Part shown: piece by piece, positions 10,366 through 19,419 of the stretch
How the letters are laid out: each line of letters opens with the position of its first letter
Numbering within the stretch: the stretch's first letter is position 1
NCBI GenBank assembly: GCA_964645995.1
Contig: CAZYDB010000001.1
Coordinates: 1 to 62,597, forward strand
Length of the DNA: 62,597 bases
Source: an uncultured Roseivirgaceae bacterium
GTDB taxonomy: Bacteria > Bacteroidota > Bacteroidia > Cytophagales > Cyclobacteriaceae
Direction: 5' to 3'
The notes under the pieces: generated by a model
The model's database searches: none
What the model saw: the letters and a program-made list of their open reading frames with translations, nothing else
Told to the model about the DNA's origin: nothing
Position numbers and translations under genes: made by a program

Positions 10366-11142
10366 ATGAAAACAAAAGCGGATATTGTAAAAGACTGGTT
10401 ACCGCGATATACGGGAACTCCTCTCAATGAATTCAGTGAGTATATTTTACTTACTAATTTCTCCAATTACCTGGAAATGTTTTCATCCTTGTATGAAGTT
10501 GAGATAAAAGGTGCCGGGCGTCCTATGCAGACTGTCTCAAATAAAGAAATCACGATGATAAATTTCGGTATGGGGAGCGCAATGGCTGCTACCGTCATGG
10601 ACCTTTTGAGTGCCATACAGCCGAAAGCCGTTTTATTTCTGGGCAAATGCGGCGGTTTGAAGAAAAAAACAAATTTAGGAGATCTTATCCTCCCTATTGC
10701 TGCCATCAGGGGGGAAGGTACCAGCAAGGACTACCTGCCTGATGAGATTCCCGCCTTACCTTCCTTCCAGTTACAGCGGGCCGTGTCGTCAATGATCAAA
10801 AAGCACGAAAAGGATTACTGGACAGGAACGGTATATACAACCAACAGGAGAGTATGGGAACATGATAATCATTTCAAAAAATATCTTAAAAGGGTAAGAG
10901 CCATGGCCATTGATATGGAGACGGCTACACTTTTTACCGTTGGTTTTGTTAATAAAATCCCGCGGGGAGCCTTATTACTGGTTTCAGATAACCCACTCGA
11001 CCCGATGGGAGTAAAGACGAGTGAAAGCGATAAAAAAGTAACTGAACAGTATGCTGATATTCACTTGAGAATTGGCATTGATTCATTAAATGAGTTGATC
11101 AACAGCGGAGATTCCGTAAAACATCTGCAATTTGAAAAATAG
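10366..11142 (+). CDS. AMP nucleosidase-like protein, short form (PNP_UDP_1 phosphorylase fold)
   Basis: 258 aa. Resembles the catalytic C-terminal domain of Amn (FGMGSAMAATVMDLL, LFLGKCGGL, AIDMETATLF) and lacks the N-terminal regulatory domain. Confidence 0.75.
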   Translation: MKTKADIVKDWLPRYTGTPLNEFSEYILLTNFSNYLEMFSSLYEVEIKGAGRPMQTVSNKEITMINFGMGSAMAATVMDLLSAIQPKAVLFLGKCGGLKKKTNLGDLILPIAAIRGEGTSKDYLPDEIPALPSFQLQRAVSSMIKKHEKDYWTGTVYTTNRRVWEHDNHFKKYLKRVRAMAIDMETATLFTVGFVNKIPRGALLLVSDNPLDPMGVKTSESDKKVTEQYADIHLRIGIDSLNELINSGDSVKHLQFEK

Positions 11143-11159
11143 TTTTTAACCTGAGCTAC

Positions 11160-12941
11160 ATGCCGGAATATATACAACAATATTTCGTTATTTTCATCCT
11201 CTTTATCACTTTTTCAGCGATTTATCTTGAGTTTCTAAAACCTGCTGTCAGTTTCCTCCTGGCCGTACTCATATTCTCTATCACCGGTATTTTGAATACA
11301 GAGGAGGTTTTAGCCGGGTTCTCCAATGCTTCAATAGCCGTAATCATTCTTCTGCTGGTAATTTCGGCCGGGCTACGGAAAAACTTCAGGATTGAGCTTA
11401 TTTTCGATCTTGTATTTAAAAAATCGAAGACCTACAGAAGTTTTCTTGTCCGTATGATGGCACAGGTGGCCATCCTGTCGTCATTAATCAATAATACACC
11501 GGTAGTTGCCCTGATGACCCCCTATGTTTTTAATTATGGGAGAAAAAACAATATAGCGCCATCAAAATTACTGATCCCCTTATCCTACGCAACGATCATG
11601 GGTGGCATGCTCACCCTTATCGGGACCTCCACAACCTTAGTGCTGAACGGGTTTATCATGGAGGCTGAAAAATCGGAATTACGTTTTGATGACCTGCTGG
11701 TGATCGGTGCCCTGGTCACCCTGTCAGGTATCCTGTTTATTGTCTTGATCGGGCACCGGCTTCTGCCCAACCATATGGATACAATCCAGAGTTTCTCCAG
11801 GAACCAGCGTGAATACCTGGTAGAGACAAGGTTGACTCAAAAATCGCCACTGATCAATAAATCGGTAATTGAAGCCGGACTCCGTAATTTACAGGGTGTT
11901 TATCTTGTTGAGATCCTGCGTAATAATAAGATCATATCACCTGTATATCCCAATGAGGTCCTCGAGCAGGATGATATCCTGTTTTTTGCCGGCGATACCC
12001 ATAATATCATGGACCTTATCAATACCAACAAGGGACTCATTCTTCCGGCCAAGGCCAATGAATATCACCAGGATAAAATAAATGTTATTGAGGCGGTTGT
12101 TGCCAACTTTTCTTCTATTATCGGCAAAACAGTTAAGGAATCGGAGTTCCGCAAAAGATATGATGCGGCCATAATAGCCATCCACCGGAACGGAGAGAAG
12201 ATATCCGGTAAGATCGGCGATATTGAATTAAATCCTAGTGATGTCCTTCTGCTTTACGCGGGCAGTGATTTCAATAACCGGGTAGAAATATACCGGGATC
12301 TCTATGTCATTAATAAAGTGAGGGAAATTGCCGAACCTGGAATAAAGAAATATTATGCCCTGGGGCTTATTTTTATCGGAGCCATAGTTCTTTTTATTAC
12401 CAAGGGGCTTGAATTATTCCCATCCTTGCTGATCATCTTTGCGATCATGGTCGGTTTTAAGCTGATCACCGTCCAGGATATCCGGCGGGAACTTGATTTC
12501 AACATGATCGGTATCCTTGTCTTCTCCCTTGCAATCGGAAAGGCCATGATCGTTTCCGGTGCGGGTATCATGACTGCAGAATGGATGATCAGCCTGCTTT
12601 CTCCCCTTGGCAGGACTGCCATCCTGGCCGGGATCGTTATCATTACTAACTTGTTGACATCCCTGATTGGCAATGTAGGTGCTGTATCGATCAGCTTCCC
12701 GATTGCACTCGGTATCAGCCAGAGCATGGGAATAGACGGGACACCCTATTTCCTTGGTGTAGCTTATGCCGCTTCTGCTGCCTTTATAACACCTTTCAGC
12801 TATCAAACCAACCTGATAATCTATGGTCCGGGAGGATACAACCTGAAAGACTTCATCCGTATTGGCCTCCCGGTCACTATCCTGTATCTGACGGTCACTT
12901 TTTTTGCGATCCTTCTTTTATATAATAAAGTATTGATATAA
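11160..12941 (+). CDS. SLC13/DASS family permease with central TrkA-C (RCK_C) domains
   Basis: 593 aa with hydrophobic N- and C-terminal halves. A soluble central region of about 170 aa resembles two RCK_C repeats. Confidence 0.8.
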   Translation: MPEYIQQYFVIFILFITFSAIYLEFLKPAVSFLLAVLIFSITGILNTEEVLAGFSNASIAVIILLLVISAGLRKNFRIELIFDLVFKKSKTYRSFLVRMMAQVAILSSLINNTPVVALMTPYVFNYGRKNNIAPSKLLIPLSYATIMGGMLTLIGTSTTLVLNGFIMEAEKSELRFDDLLVIGALVTLSGILFIVLIGHRLLPNHMDTIQSFSRNQREYLVETRLTQKSPLINKSVIEAGLRNLQGVYLVEILRNNKIISPVYPNEVLEQDDILFFAGDTHNIMDLINTNKGLILPAKANEYHQDKINVIEAVVANFSSIIGKTVKESEFRKRYDAAIIAIHRNGEKISGKIGDIELNPSDVLLLYAGSDFNNRVEIYRDLYVINKVREIAEPGIKKYYALGLIFIGAIVLFITKGLELFPSLLIIFAIMVGFKLITVQDIRRELDFNMIGILVFSLAIGKAMIVSGAGIMTAEWMISLLSPLGRTAILAGIVIITNLLTSLIGNVGAVSISFPIALGISQSMGIDGTPYFLGVAYAASAAFITPFSYQTNLIIYGPGGYNLKDFIRIGLPVTILYLTVTFFAILLLYNKVLI

Positions 12942-12975
12942 CCTGAAAAATTCACGAATTTTTCACCCTATCAGG

Positions 12976-13013
12976 CTGATGGAGCGCCCCGATTTTATCG
13001 GGATGCCCATCAG
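12976..13013 (+). repeat. GC-rich imperfect inverted repeat (about 16 bp stem including nested cccgat/atcggg hairpin), no U-tract
   Basis: ctgatgg(12976-82) pairs with ccatcag(13007-13). Inner cccgat(12988-93) pairs with atcggg(12997-13002). Lies 35 nt after the SLC13 stop. Confidence 0.5.
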
Positions 13014-13123
13014 GGTTAACCTGGCGAAGTATCTTATTGAATATCACCTATATATCTTAAAATTACACCGAACAACAAAAATTTATGAATAGGTCAGGCT
13101 AAAAGATCTGCCCTGTGTATTTA

Positions 13124-13159
13124 CAAAAAAAAAGCCGGCATCCTTAGTAATGCCGGCTT
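13124..13159 (-). terminator. Rho-independent terminator of the exbB-exbD operon
   Basis: 10-bp stem aagccggcat/atgccggctt with an 8-nt loop. On the minus strand it is followed by a 9-T run. Lies 25 nt after the exbD stop. Confidence 0.8.
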
Positions 13160-13183
13160 GTGCTCATACATTATTGTTTTCCA

Positions 13184-13645
13184 TCAATTGCGATCTATCC
13201 TTTTCACAGCAGAATAAAGGATCTTACGGGCATTTACTTCCTTTAATTCCTGCTGTACATCCACGACAATACCCATTTTAACATCCCGGTCAACCTTTAA
13301 GGCCATAGTTATCTGATCCCTTTCAACCTCCGTCAGTTTATCTTTTTCCTGTTGCACGAACAGCATAATATCCTCAGGCTGGGCAAGGGCATCATTTAGC
13401 TGAATCCTTGGTTCAGAACCCAGGTCTGACTTCTTCGGCTTACCGATGTAAATATAGCTTACCAACGATTTACGTTCAAGCTTATTCAATTCACTGGCTT
13501 GTGGTATCTTCTGTTCCACCAGTATATCGGACTCCCTCAACACTGTTGTCACCATGAAGAAAAACAAAAGCATGAAAATAATATCAGGAAGTGAAGCTGT
13601 AGGAATCTCCTGACTAGTACTTATTTTCTTTTTAAACTTTGCCAT
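13184..13645 (-). CDS. exbD: Biopolymer transport protein ExbD/TolR
   Basis: 153 aa. N-terminal TM with the typical SLPDIIFMLLFFFMVT signature. Confidence 0.88.
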   Translation of the reverse strand: MAKFKKKISTSQEIPTASLPDIIFMLLFFFMVTTVLRESDILVEQKIPQASELNKLERKSLVSYIYIGKPKKSDLGSEPRIQLNDALAQPEDIMLFVQQEKDKLTEVERDQITMALKVDRDVKMGIVVDVQQELKEVNARKILYSAVKRIDRN

Positions 13646-13646
13646 A

Positions 13647-14291
13647 TTAATCTCCTCCTATTTTCGTGGGTTCTGCAATGGATACGTTCCGGGGAATCCC
13701 TTCCCTGGCCCGATCATATATCTCTTTCTGTACCGGATCTTTTTTATCCAGTGCTCTGAACTCATTAGCTGTAATGCCTACCCTTTCAGCATAAATCTCA
13801 TCATAAGCACCCATGATCTCATCCAGTATGCCGATGTACACCTCATAACTTGTCCCGCGGTCCGTTTTAAAAGAAACAACCGCTTCGGTGGGACTATCCG
13901 AATTATCGGGGCTCCGGCCCTGGGTCCTGACGAAATTCTGCTGGACAGGTGACAATGTATTCAGAAGTTGCTGATTTTCGGGACTGGTCTCGCCGAAATT
14001 CAAAACAAATTCCTTCACCATTTCACGTATCCTGGTGATATCCTGTAATGGCTCATCTTCCACCAGTACCCTGTCACTGGAATTAACATTAACCTTGAAA
14101 ATATTTCTCTGGTTTTTTGTTATATCGGGTGGCGGCTGATTAGGATCCGGTTTCGGGGGTAACAGCAAAGCTATACCCTTGTCGGAGGCAATGGTAGTTG
14201 TAACCAGGAAGAATATCAACAGTAAAAACGCAATATCGGCCAGCGATGCTGAAGGAATATCTGCTTTTCTGTTCTTACTTCTTTGTGCCAT
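13647..14291 (-). CDS. exbD: Biopolymer transport protein ExbD/TolR (long form)
   Basis: 214 aa with the SLADIAFLLLIFFLVTT signature. Second ExbD paralogue in tandem. Confidence 0.88.
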   Translation of the reverse strand: MAQRSKNRKADIPSASLADIAFLLLIFFLVTTTIASDKGIALLLPPKPDPNQPPPDITKNQRNIFKVNVNSSDRVLVEDEPLQDITRIREMVKEFVLNFGETSPENQQLLNTLSPVQQNFVRTQGRSPDNSDSPTEAVVSFKTDRGTSYEVYIGILDEIMGAYDEIYAERVGITANEFRALDKKDPVQKEIYDRAREGIPRNVSIAEPTKIGGD

Positions 14292-14620
14292 CAGTTAAAG
14301 ATTTTGGATATCTCTGTAATAACTATGCCTATCAGGGATATGACCAGCAGCAGGTACATAGTAATCAATGAAGCACCCACGGTCTTGGACATCCCTGCGT
14401 CAACACCAAATCTGGTATAGGTAGCTGTTACTTCATCGGTAGACATGGTATAGGCAATGCCATAGACAATAAGAATAAGTACAATTCCCATTAATCCTTT
14501 CAATAAGGATTTGGGATTGCCGATAGCATTGATCAGGGGCAACACAATTGCAGATAATGCCCCCAAGCCTAATAAACCATAGGCGACAAGTATAGCTATA
14601 TCAACGAAATTCTCTTCCAT
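14291..14620 (-). CDS. Small integral membrane protein (3 predicted TM), unknown function
   Basis: 109 aa and hydrophobic. Sits between exbB and exbD with a 1-nt overlap to the downstream gene. Confidence 0.6.
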   Translation of the reverse strand: MEENFVDIAILVAYGLLGLGALSAIVLPLINAIGNPKSLLKGLMGIVLILIVYGIAYTMSTDEVTATYTRFGVDAGMSKTVGASLITMYLLLVISLIGIVITEISKIFN

Positions 14621-14631
14621 ATTGATAGTGA

Positions 14632-15450
14632 TTATTTATTCTGCGTTAGGTTGTATTTAACAAGAAGATCAACAAATGATATTGAAGCATCTTCCATCTG
14701 ATTGACAAGCGAATCAATTTTTGATATGAGGTAGTTATAGAACAGCTGAAGAATTACAGCAACGATCAAACCACTAACGGTTGTCAACAAGGCTACCTTA
14801 ATACCACCGGCAACAAGTGATGGAGAAATGTCTCCCGCTGCTTCAATGGCATCGAAAGCATCGATCATACCGATAACCGTTCCCATAAAACCAAGCATGG
14901 GGGCAATAGAAATGAACAATGATATCCAGACCAATCCTCTTTCAAGACGGCCCATTTCAACGGAACCGTAGGAAATTATTGATTTTTCAACCATTTCAAC
15001 TCCTTCGGAGATCCTCATCAGACCCTGTGTAAAGATAGAGGCAACAGGACCACGTGTGTTTTTACAGATGTCTTTGGCGGCATCGATACCTCCATTGTTC
15101 AGCGCCTCTTCAACATTGCCAAGCAATTTCTTGGTATTGGTGGTAGAAAGGTTCAAAGTAATGATCCTTTCAATAGCAACCGCTAAACCAAGAATTAAAC
15201 ATAAAAGAACGACAGACATAAACTGCCAACCACCTTCTATGAATTTTTCTTTAATTGCCTGGTGAAAAGTTGCCTCTTCAACCATTACATCTTCAGCAGT
15301 TGCAGAGGTCATCTCTTCTTCAACAGCTGGTTGCTCAGTTTCAGCCTGAACAGTATCTTCAACTGTTGCATCATCCTGTGCCATGACAGAATTAGTAAGA
15401 CCAAAGGTCAATGCTCCCGCAAGCATTAATAAAGCCAGTAACTTTTTCAT
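14632..15450 (-). CDS. exbB: MotA/TolQ/ExbB proton channel family protein
   Basis: Signal peptide MKKLLALLMLAGALTFG, acidic linker, then an ExbB core (PMLGFMGTVIGMI). ATG at 15450 is preferred; the ORF-track start at 15474 is a TTG. Confidence 0.88.
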   Translation of the reverse strand: MKKLLALLMLAGALTFGLTNSVMAQDDATVEDTVQAETEQPAVEEEMTSATAEDVMVEEATFHQAIKEKFIEGGWQFMSVVLLCLILGLAVAIERIITLNLSTTNTKKLLGNVEEALNNGGIDAAKDICKNTRGPVASIFTQGLMRISEGVEMVEKSIISYGSVEMGRLERGLVWISLFISIAPMLGFMGTVIGMIDAFDAIEAAGDISPSLVAGGIKVALLTTVSGLIVAVILQLFYNYLISKIDSLVNQMEDASISFVDLLVKYNLTQNK

Positions 15451-15522
15451 AATACGCTTTTTTGATTTTTTCAAGTATACAAATTATTAATAAATATTCC
15501 GATTAGTTATCACAAAAAAAAG

Positions 15523-15610
15523 CGGAGAGGATGGGATTCGAACCCATGGTACCCTTGTGGGGCACACTCACTTTCCAGGCGAGCACCTTCGACCACTCGG
15601 TCACCTCTCC
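15523..15610 (-). tRNA. tRNA-Ser (anticodon GGA)
   Basis: Reverse complement GGAGAGGTGACCGAGTGG...CTCGCCTGGAAAGTGAG...GGGTTCGAATCCCATCCTCTCCG folds as a cloverleaf with a long variable arm. The anticodon loop is CTGGAAA. No CCA is encoded, and a T8 run follows the 3' end. Confidence 0.9.
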
Positions 15611-15687
15611 CTAAAAAATATCCTTAGCGGCACAAATAAATTAATAATTTACGCTTTATGCAAATTTTAGTTTGGATTTTTAGCCCT

Positions 15688-16788
15688 TCAACCATCTGCA
15701 TCCATTTCACCGCAAATAGGATTTGAAAGTTTCTCCTTTAATATCTCTATATCAGTCTCTTGTCCTAGTAGAAACATCATTTTTGTAATAGCCGCTTCCG
15801 TTGTGATATTCCAACCACTAACCACTCCGATCTCCTGAAGCATTTTACTGGTAGCATAACGCCCATGGATCACTTTCCCGGCCATGCATTGCGAGACATT
15901 AAACATGATGACGCCCTTGTTAATGGCTCTTTTAAGTTCATCAATAAACCACTGTTCAGTAGGTGCATTACCTGAGCCATAACTCTCAAGCACAACGCCA
16001 CGAAGGCCTGTAATGCTTAAAACCGACTGGATCACAACCGGGCTTATGGATGGGAACAACTTAAGAACAACTACATTGGCATCATACCGGTCATGAAGCA
16101 CAAGGTCCGCATTCCTGGGAGGTTTTCTGATCACCGGATAATTAAAGTCAATGGAAATGCCGATTTTCGCCAGCAAGGGATAGTTCTCCGATTCAAAAGC
16201 CCCGAATTGTGAACTCCTGACTTTTCTGGACCGGTTACCCCGCAATAACTGATAGTCGAAGTAGATGCTCACTTCCGGTACAACAGCCCTGCCATTTTTC
16301 TTTCTGGATGCGATCTCAATGGCAGTGATAAGATTAGGTCTTGCATCCGAACGGATAGCGCTAATAGGTAACTGAGCTCCGGTAAAAACCACCGGTTTAC
16401 TCAATCCTTCCAGCATAAAACTCAGTGCTGAAGCAGAATAGGCCATCGTGTCGGTACCCTGCAATACCACAAAACCATCATAATTATGATAATTCTCATA
16501 GATAATAAATCCCAGATCGTTCCAGTTATTATAAGTCATATTACTGGAATCCATGGGCTCCGGAAATGAAATAACGGTAATCCTGACATTTAAGGTATTC
16601 AGCGAAGGCAACTGCTGCATGATCTGGTTGAACTTCAAAGCCACCAGCGACCCGCTGGCATCCCTTACCATGCCTATGGTTCCGCCGGAATAAATTATCA
16701 AAACGGATGCTTTAGGACTAATGGCACCGGTATTAATATTGATAATCCGGTATTTACGACTTACTGTTCCTGAAGATTTTTTTTGCAT
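15688..16788 (-). CDS. ansA: Type I L-asparaginase
   Basis: IYSGGTIGM (TGGT catalytic motif) and LQGTDTMAYSASALSF. Confidence 0.9.
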   Translation of the reverse strand: MQKKSSGTVSRKYRIININTGAISPKASVLIIYSGGTIGMVRDASGSLVALKFNQIMQQLPSLNTLNVRITVISFPEPMDSSNMTYNNWNDLGFIIYENYHNYDGFVVLQGTDTMAYSASALSFMLEGLSKPVVFTGAQLPISAIRSDARPNLITAIEIASRKKNGRAVVPEVSIYFDYQLLRGNRSRKVRSSQFGAFESENYPLLAKIGISIDFNYPVIRKPPRNADLVLHDRYDANVVVLKLFPSISPVVIQSVLSITGLRGVVLESYGSGNAPTEQWFIDELKRAINKGVIMFNVSQCMAGKVIHGRYATSKMLQEIGVVSGWNITTEAAITKMMFLLGQETDIEILKEKLSNPICGEMDADG

Positions 16789-17530
16789 TTTCTGTTGTAA
16801 TCCGTGCTATTTCACTAATATTTACATGGTATATTTCAGATAGCTTTTGTGCTATCAAAGGAATATTTGCTGGTTCATTTCTTTTTCCCCGGTTAGGTAC
16901 AGGTGACAAGTATGGGCTGTCAGTCTCGAGCACGATTGAGGATAAAGGCACTTTTTCAAGGATCTTATCAAGATTTGCATTTTTAAAAGTGAGCACACCC
17001 CCGATACCAAGAAAAAACCCCAGATCAATGATCCGCTCAGCCTGCCGTAGATCGCCGGTAAAACAATGGAAAATACCCTTCAGTTGATCATCATAATTCC
17101 TTTCAACAACTTCAATGGTCAGTTCCAATGAATCCCTGGAATGTAAAATAACCGGAAGCTCATAATTTTTTGCCCACCGGATCTGGATCCCTAATGATTC
17201 TTCCTGTTGCCGGATAAATGTTTTATCCCAGTAAAGATCCGTGCCGGTTTCCCCAATACCGCTAAAAGTCCGCCGTTCCAGCCAGGATTCCATCTCTCTC
17301 AGATCCTTTTCAAAATTTTTATCAACCGAACAGGGATGCAACCCCATCATCGCGAAACAATATCCCGCAAACAATTGCTCCATCGCTAACATGTTTTCAA
17401 TGGATGTGCAATCGATATTGGGCATAAAAATCGCCTCTACCCTGGAGGTCTTTGCCTCCTCAATAACCTGAATCCGATCATCCTTGAATTGATCCAAATA
17501 AATATGGGCATGAGTATCAATAAACGACAT
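16754..17530 (-). CDS. TatD family metal-dependent hydrolase/DNase
   Basis: FIDTHAHIY, HSRD and LETDSPYL motifs. Its 3' end overlaps the ansA start by 35 nt. Confidence 0.9.
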   Translation of the reverse strand: MSFIDTHAHIYLDQFKDDRIQVIEEAKTSRVEAIFMPNIDCTSIENMLAMEQLFAGYCFAMMGLHPCSVDKNFEKDLREMESWLERRTFSGIGETGTDLYWDKTFIRQQEESLGIQIRWAKNYELPVILHSRDSLELTIEVVERNYDDQLKGIFHCFTGDLRQAERIIDLGFFLGIGGVLTFKNANLDKILEKVPLSSIVLETDSPYLSPVPNRGKRNEPANIPLIAQKLSEIYHVNISEIARITTENAKKIFRNSKS

Positions 17531-18186
17531 TATTGGTAATTATTCAATATTAATTCATTAATTGTAGAAAATTGATAATTTCTCTGAGCAAAATAACTGA
17601 TATATTGCGATATTAAAAAATTTATTTTTTTTCTTGTTTTTTCGCTGTCATGAAAAAGTACAACAGAGCCGTTCCTGGTATTCCGGATAGTACCTTCCAG
17701 GCATTTTCCGGGGCTCAAGCGATCGGAAAAATCATAAGAAAGAACATCCCACATGATCAATTGTCCCTTTCTAGTCACCTGACGACCGATTGCAGGGGTT
17801 ATTTTCCCGTAGGGAGGTCTGAAAAGAAAAGGAAATAGTTCAGGTTTATATTTCCTCATTTCTTTTTCACATCTTGTAATGTTGTCGATATAATCATCAG
17901 CCGGATGAGCCCATGCGTTGATATGGTTCATGGTATGATTACCGATCCCATGCCCTTCCCTGATAATCCTTTTAAACAGCTCAGGAAATTTTGTTATGTT
18001 ATCACCCACACAAAAAAAAGTTGCTTTTACCTGATAGTCCATCAAAATATCAAGTACCCTATCGGTTGCACCCGGAACAGGACCGTCATCAAAAGTAAGA
18101 TACAATACCTTTTCCTGGCGGCTTCCATTCCATACGGCGCGAGGATATATAAATTTCAGGATAGGAGGTGTTTTAAAAAAATACAC
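17530..18186 (-). CDS. Polysaccharide deacetylase family protein (CE4)
   Basis: LTFDDGP and GNHTMNH motifs. No obvious signal peptide. Stop overlaps the TatD start (TAATG). Confidence 0.85.
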   Translation of the reverse strand: MYFFKTPPILKFIYPRAVWNGSRQEKVLYLTFDDGPVPGATDRVLDILMDYQVKATFFCVGDNITKFPELFKRIIREGHGIGNHTMNHINAWAHPADDYIDNITRCEKEMRKYKPELFPFLFRPPYGKITPAIGRQVTRKGQLIMWDVLSYDFSDRLSPGKCLEGTIRNTRNGSVVLFHDSEKTRKKINFLISQYISYFAQRNYQFSTINELILNNYQ

Positions 18187-18192
18187 TGAGCA

Positions 18193-19419
18193 TCAGTTAA
18201 TTCTGCAGGACAACAATGTGATATCGTCATTAAACTCCCTTTTGCCTTTGAAGGCCGTAACCTCATCAATTACGACTTTATGGAGGTCGGCCAGTTCCTT
18301 ATTGATATTTTTTTGCACGATCGCGGTAATCCTTTCATTACCAAATGGTTCATCTTCTTCGTTAAATGTTTCAAGGAGCCCGTCGGTAAAAGCGAAAATA
18401 AAGAATTGGTCCAGTTCCCTGATCTTACCGACATTGAGGAAGGGCAATGAATCAAGTATTCCCAGCACCGTTGATCCGAGTTCGAGATGAATAAGACCGG
18501 TTTTTTCTGAATAAAATACTGGTGGGTTATGGCCTGCATTCACATATTTAAAATATTTTTCTTTTTTATTATACAACCCGGTAAAAAAAGTAATAAAACT
18601 TTCGCCATTACTGTTGTGCAGGATCTGAAAATTCAATTCACTGATTATTTTCTCCAGTTTGGTCGTCTGCCGCACGAGCGTTCTCAAGGATGCCTGAAAA
18701 TTGGACATTAACAGAGATGCTGGTATGCCTTTGCCTGAGACATCCGCAATACAGATCATAAACTGGTCCTCATCAATCGGAATGTAATCAAAATAATCGC
18801 CGCCGACCATCTGATGAGGAAGATAACTTGAATATATTTTGAAATGATCCGTCTGGGGCAATTCTTTGGGGAACAGGAAACGCTGTACATTACGGGCTAT
18901 TTCAAGCTCTTTCAGAAAAGCCTGCTGTTCCAGTTCTTTTCTTGCCAAATTCTTGTTTTCAATGGCAACAATAATAATATTTGAAAGTGCCTCAATAAAA
19001 TTAATATTGATCTCACCATTGTTATAATCCTCGTAATGATATCCGCCAAGCAGTACTACGCCCAGCAGGGATCCCTTATGCTTAACAGGGATCACTTTTT
19101 CAAATTCGCTGAACGGGTCCTCTTCATTAAGCGCTCTGAGATCCGAGATCCCATCCTTTGATAAAATATACTGGCTGGGCGGGATCGCAAGGAAGTCATT
19201 TTTCGTTCCGAAATTAACCTTACAGGCCCAATGATCATCATTCACATATAATGCCAGTTTTTTAAGTTTAAGGTTAGCCCGAAGGGTGAAATTAAAAATT
19301 TTATACAGGGATTCGCGGGGCAGATTGTTATTTATTGATTGAGTGATCTCGAGCAAGGCATTTAACTCAAGCTCTTTGAGTTCAATCTGTTTTTTCAAAT
19401 GTTCGCTTTCTTCATTCAT
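18193..19419 (-). CDS. GAF domain-containing PP2C/SpoIIE family protein phosphatase
   Basis: N-terminal coiled coil plus a GAF-like region. C-terminal SpoIIE signature GGDYFDY...IADVSGKGIPASLLM...NAGHNPP. Confidence 0.85.
   Translation of the reverse strand: MNEESEHLKKQIELKELELNALLEITQSINNNLPRESLYKIFNFTLRANLKLKKLALYVNDDHWACKVNFGTKNDFLAIPPSQYILSKDGISDLRALNEEDPFSEFEKVIPVKHKGSLLGVVLLGGYHYEDYNNGEININFIEALSNIIIVAIENKNLARKELEQQAFLKELEIARNVQRFLFPKELPQTDHFKIYSSYLPHQMVGGDYFDYIPIDEDQFMICIADVSGKGIPASLLMSNFQASLRTLVRQTTKLEKIISELNFQILHNSNGESFITFFTGLYNKKEKYFKYVNAGHNPPVFYSEKTGLIHLELGSTVLGILDSLPFLNVGKIRELDQFFIFAFTDGLLETFNEEDEPFGNERITAIVQKNINKELADLHKVVIDEVTAFKGKREFNDDITLLSCRIN

Noticed and set aside
12353-12806. 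Two overlapping minus-strand ORFs (124 and 130 aa)
   Set aside because: Both are antisense to the C-terminal transmembrane half of the SLC13 permease, with no motifs.
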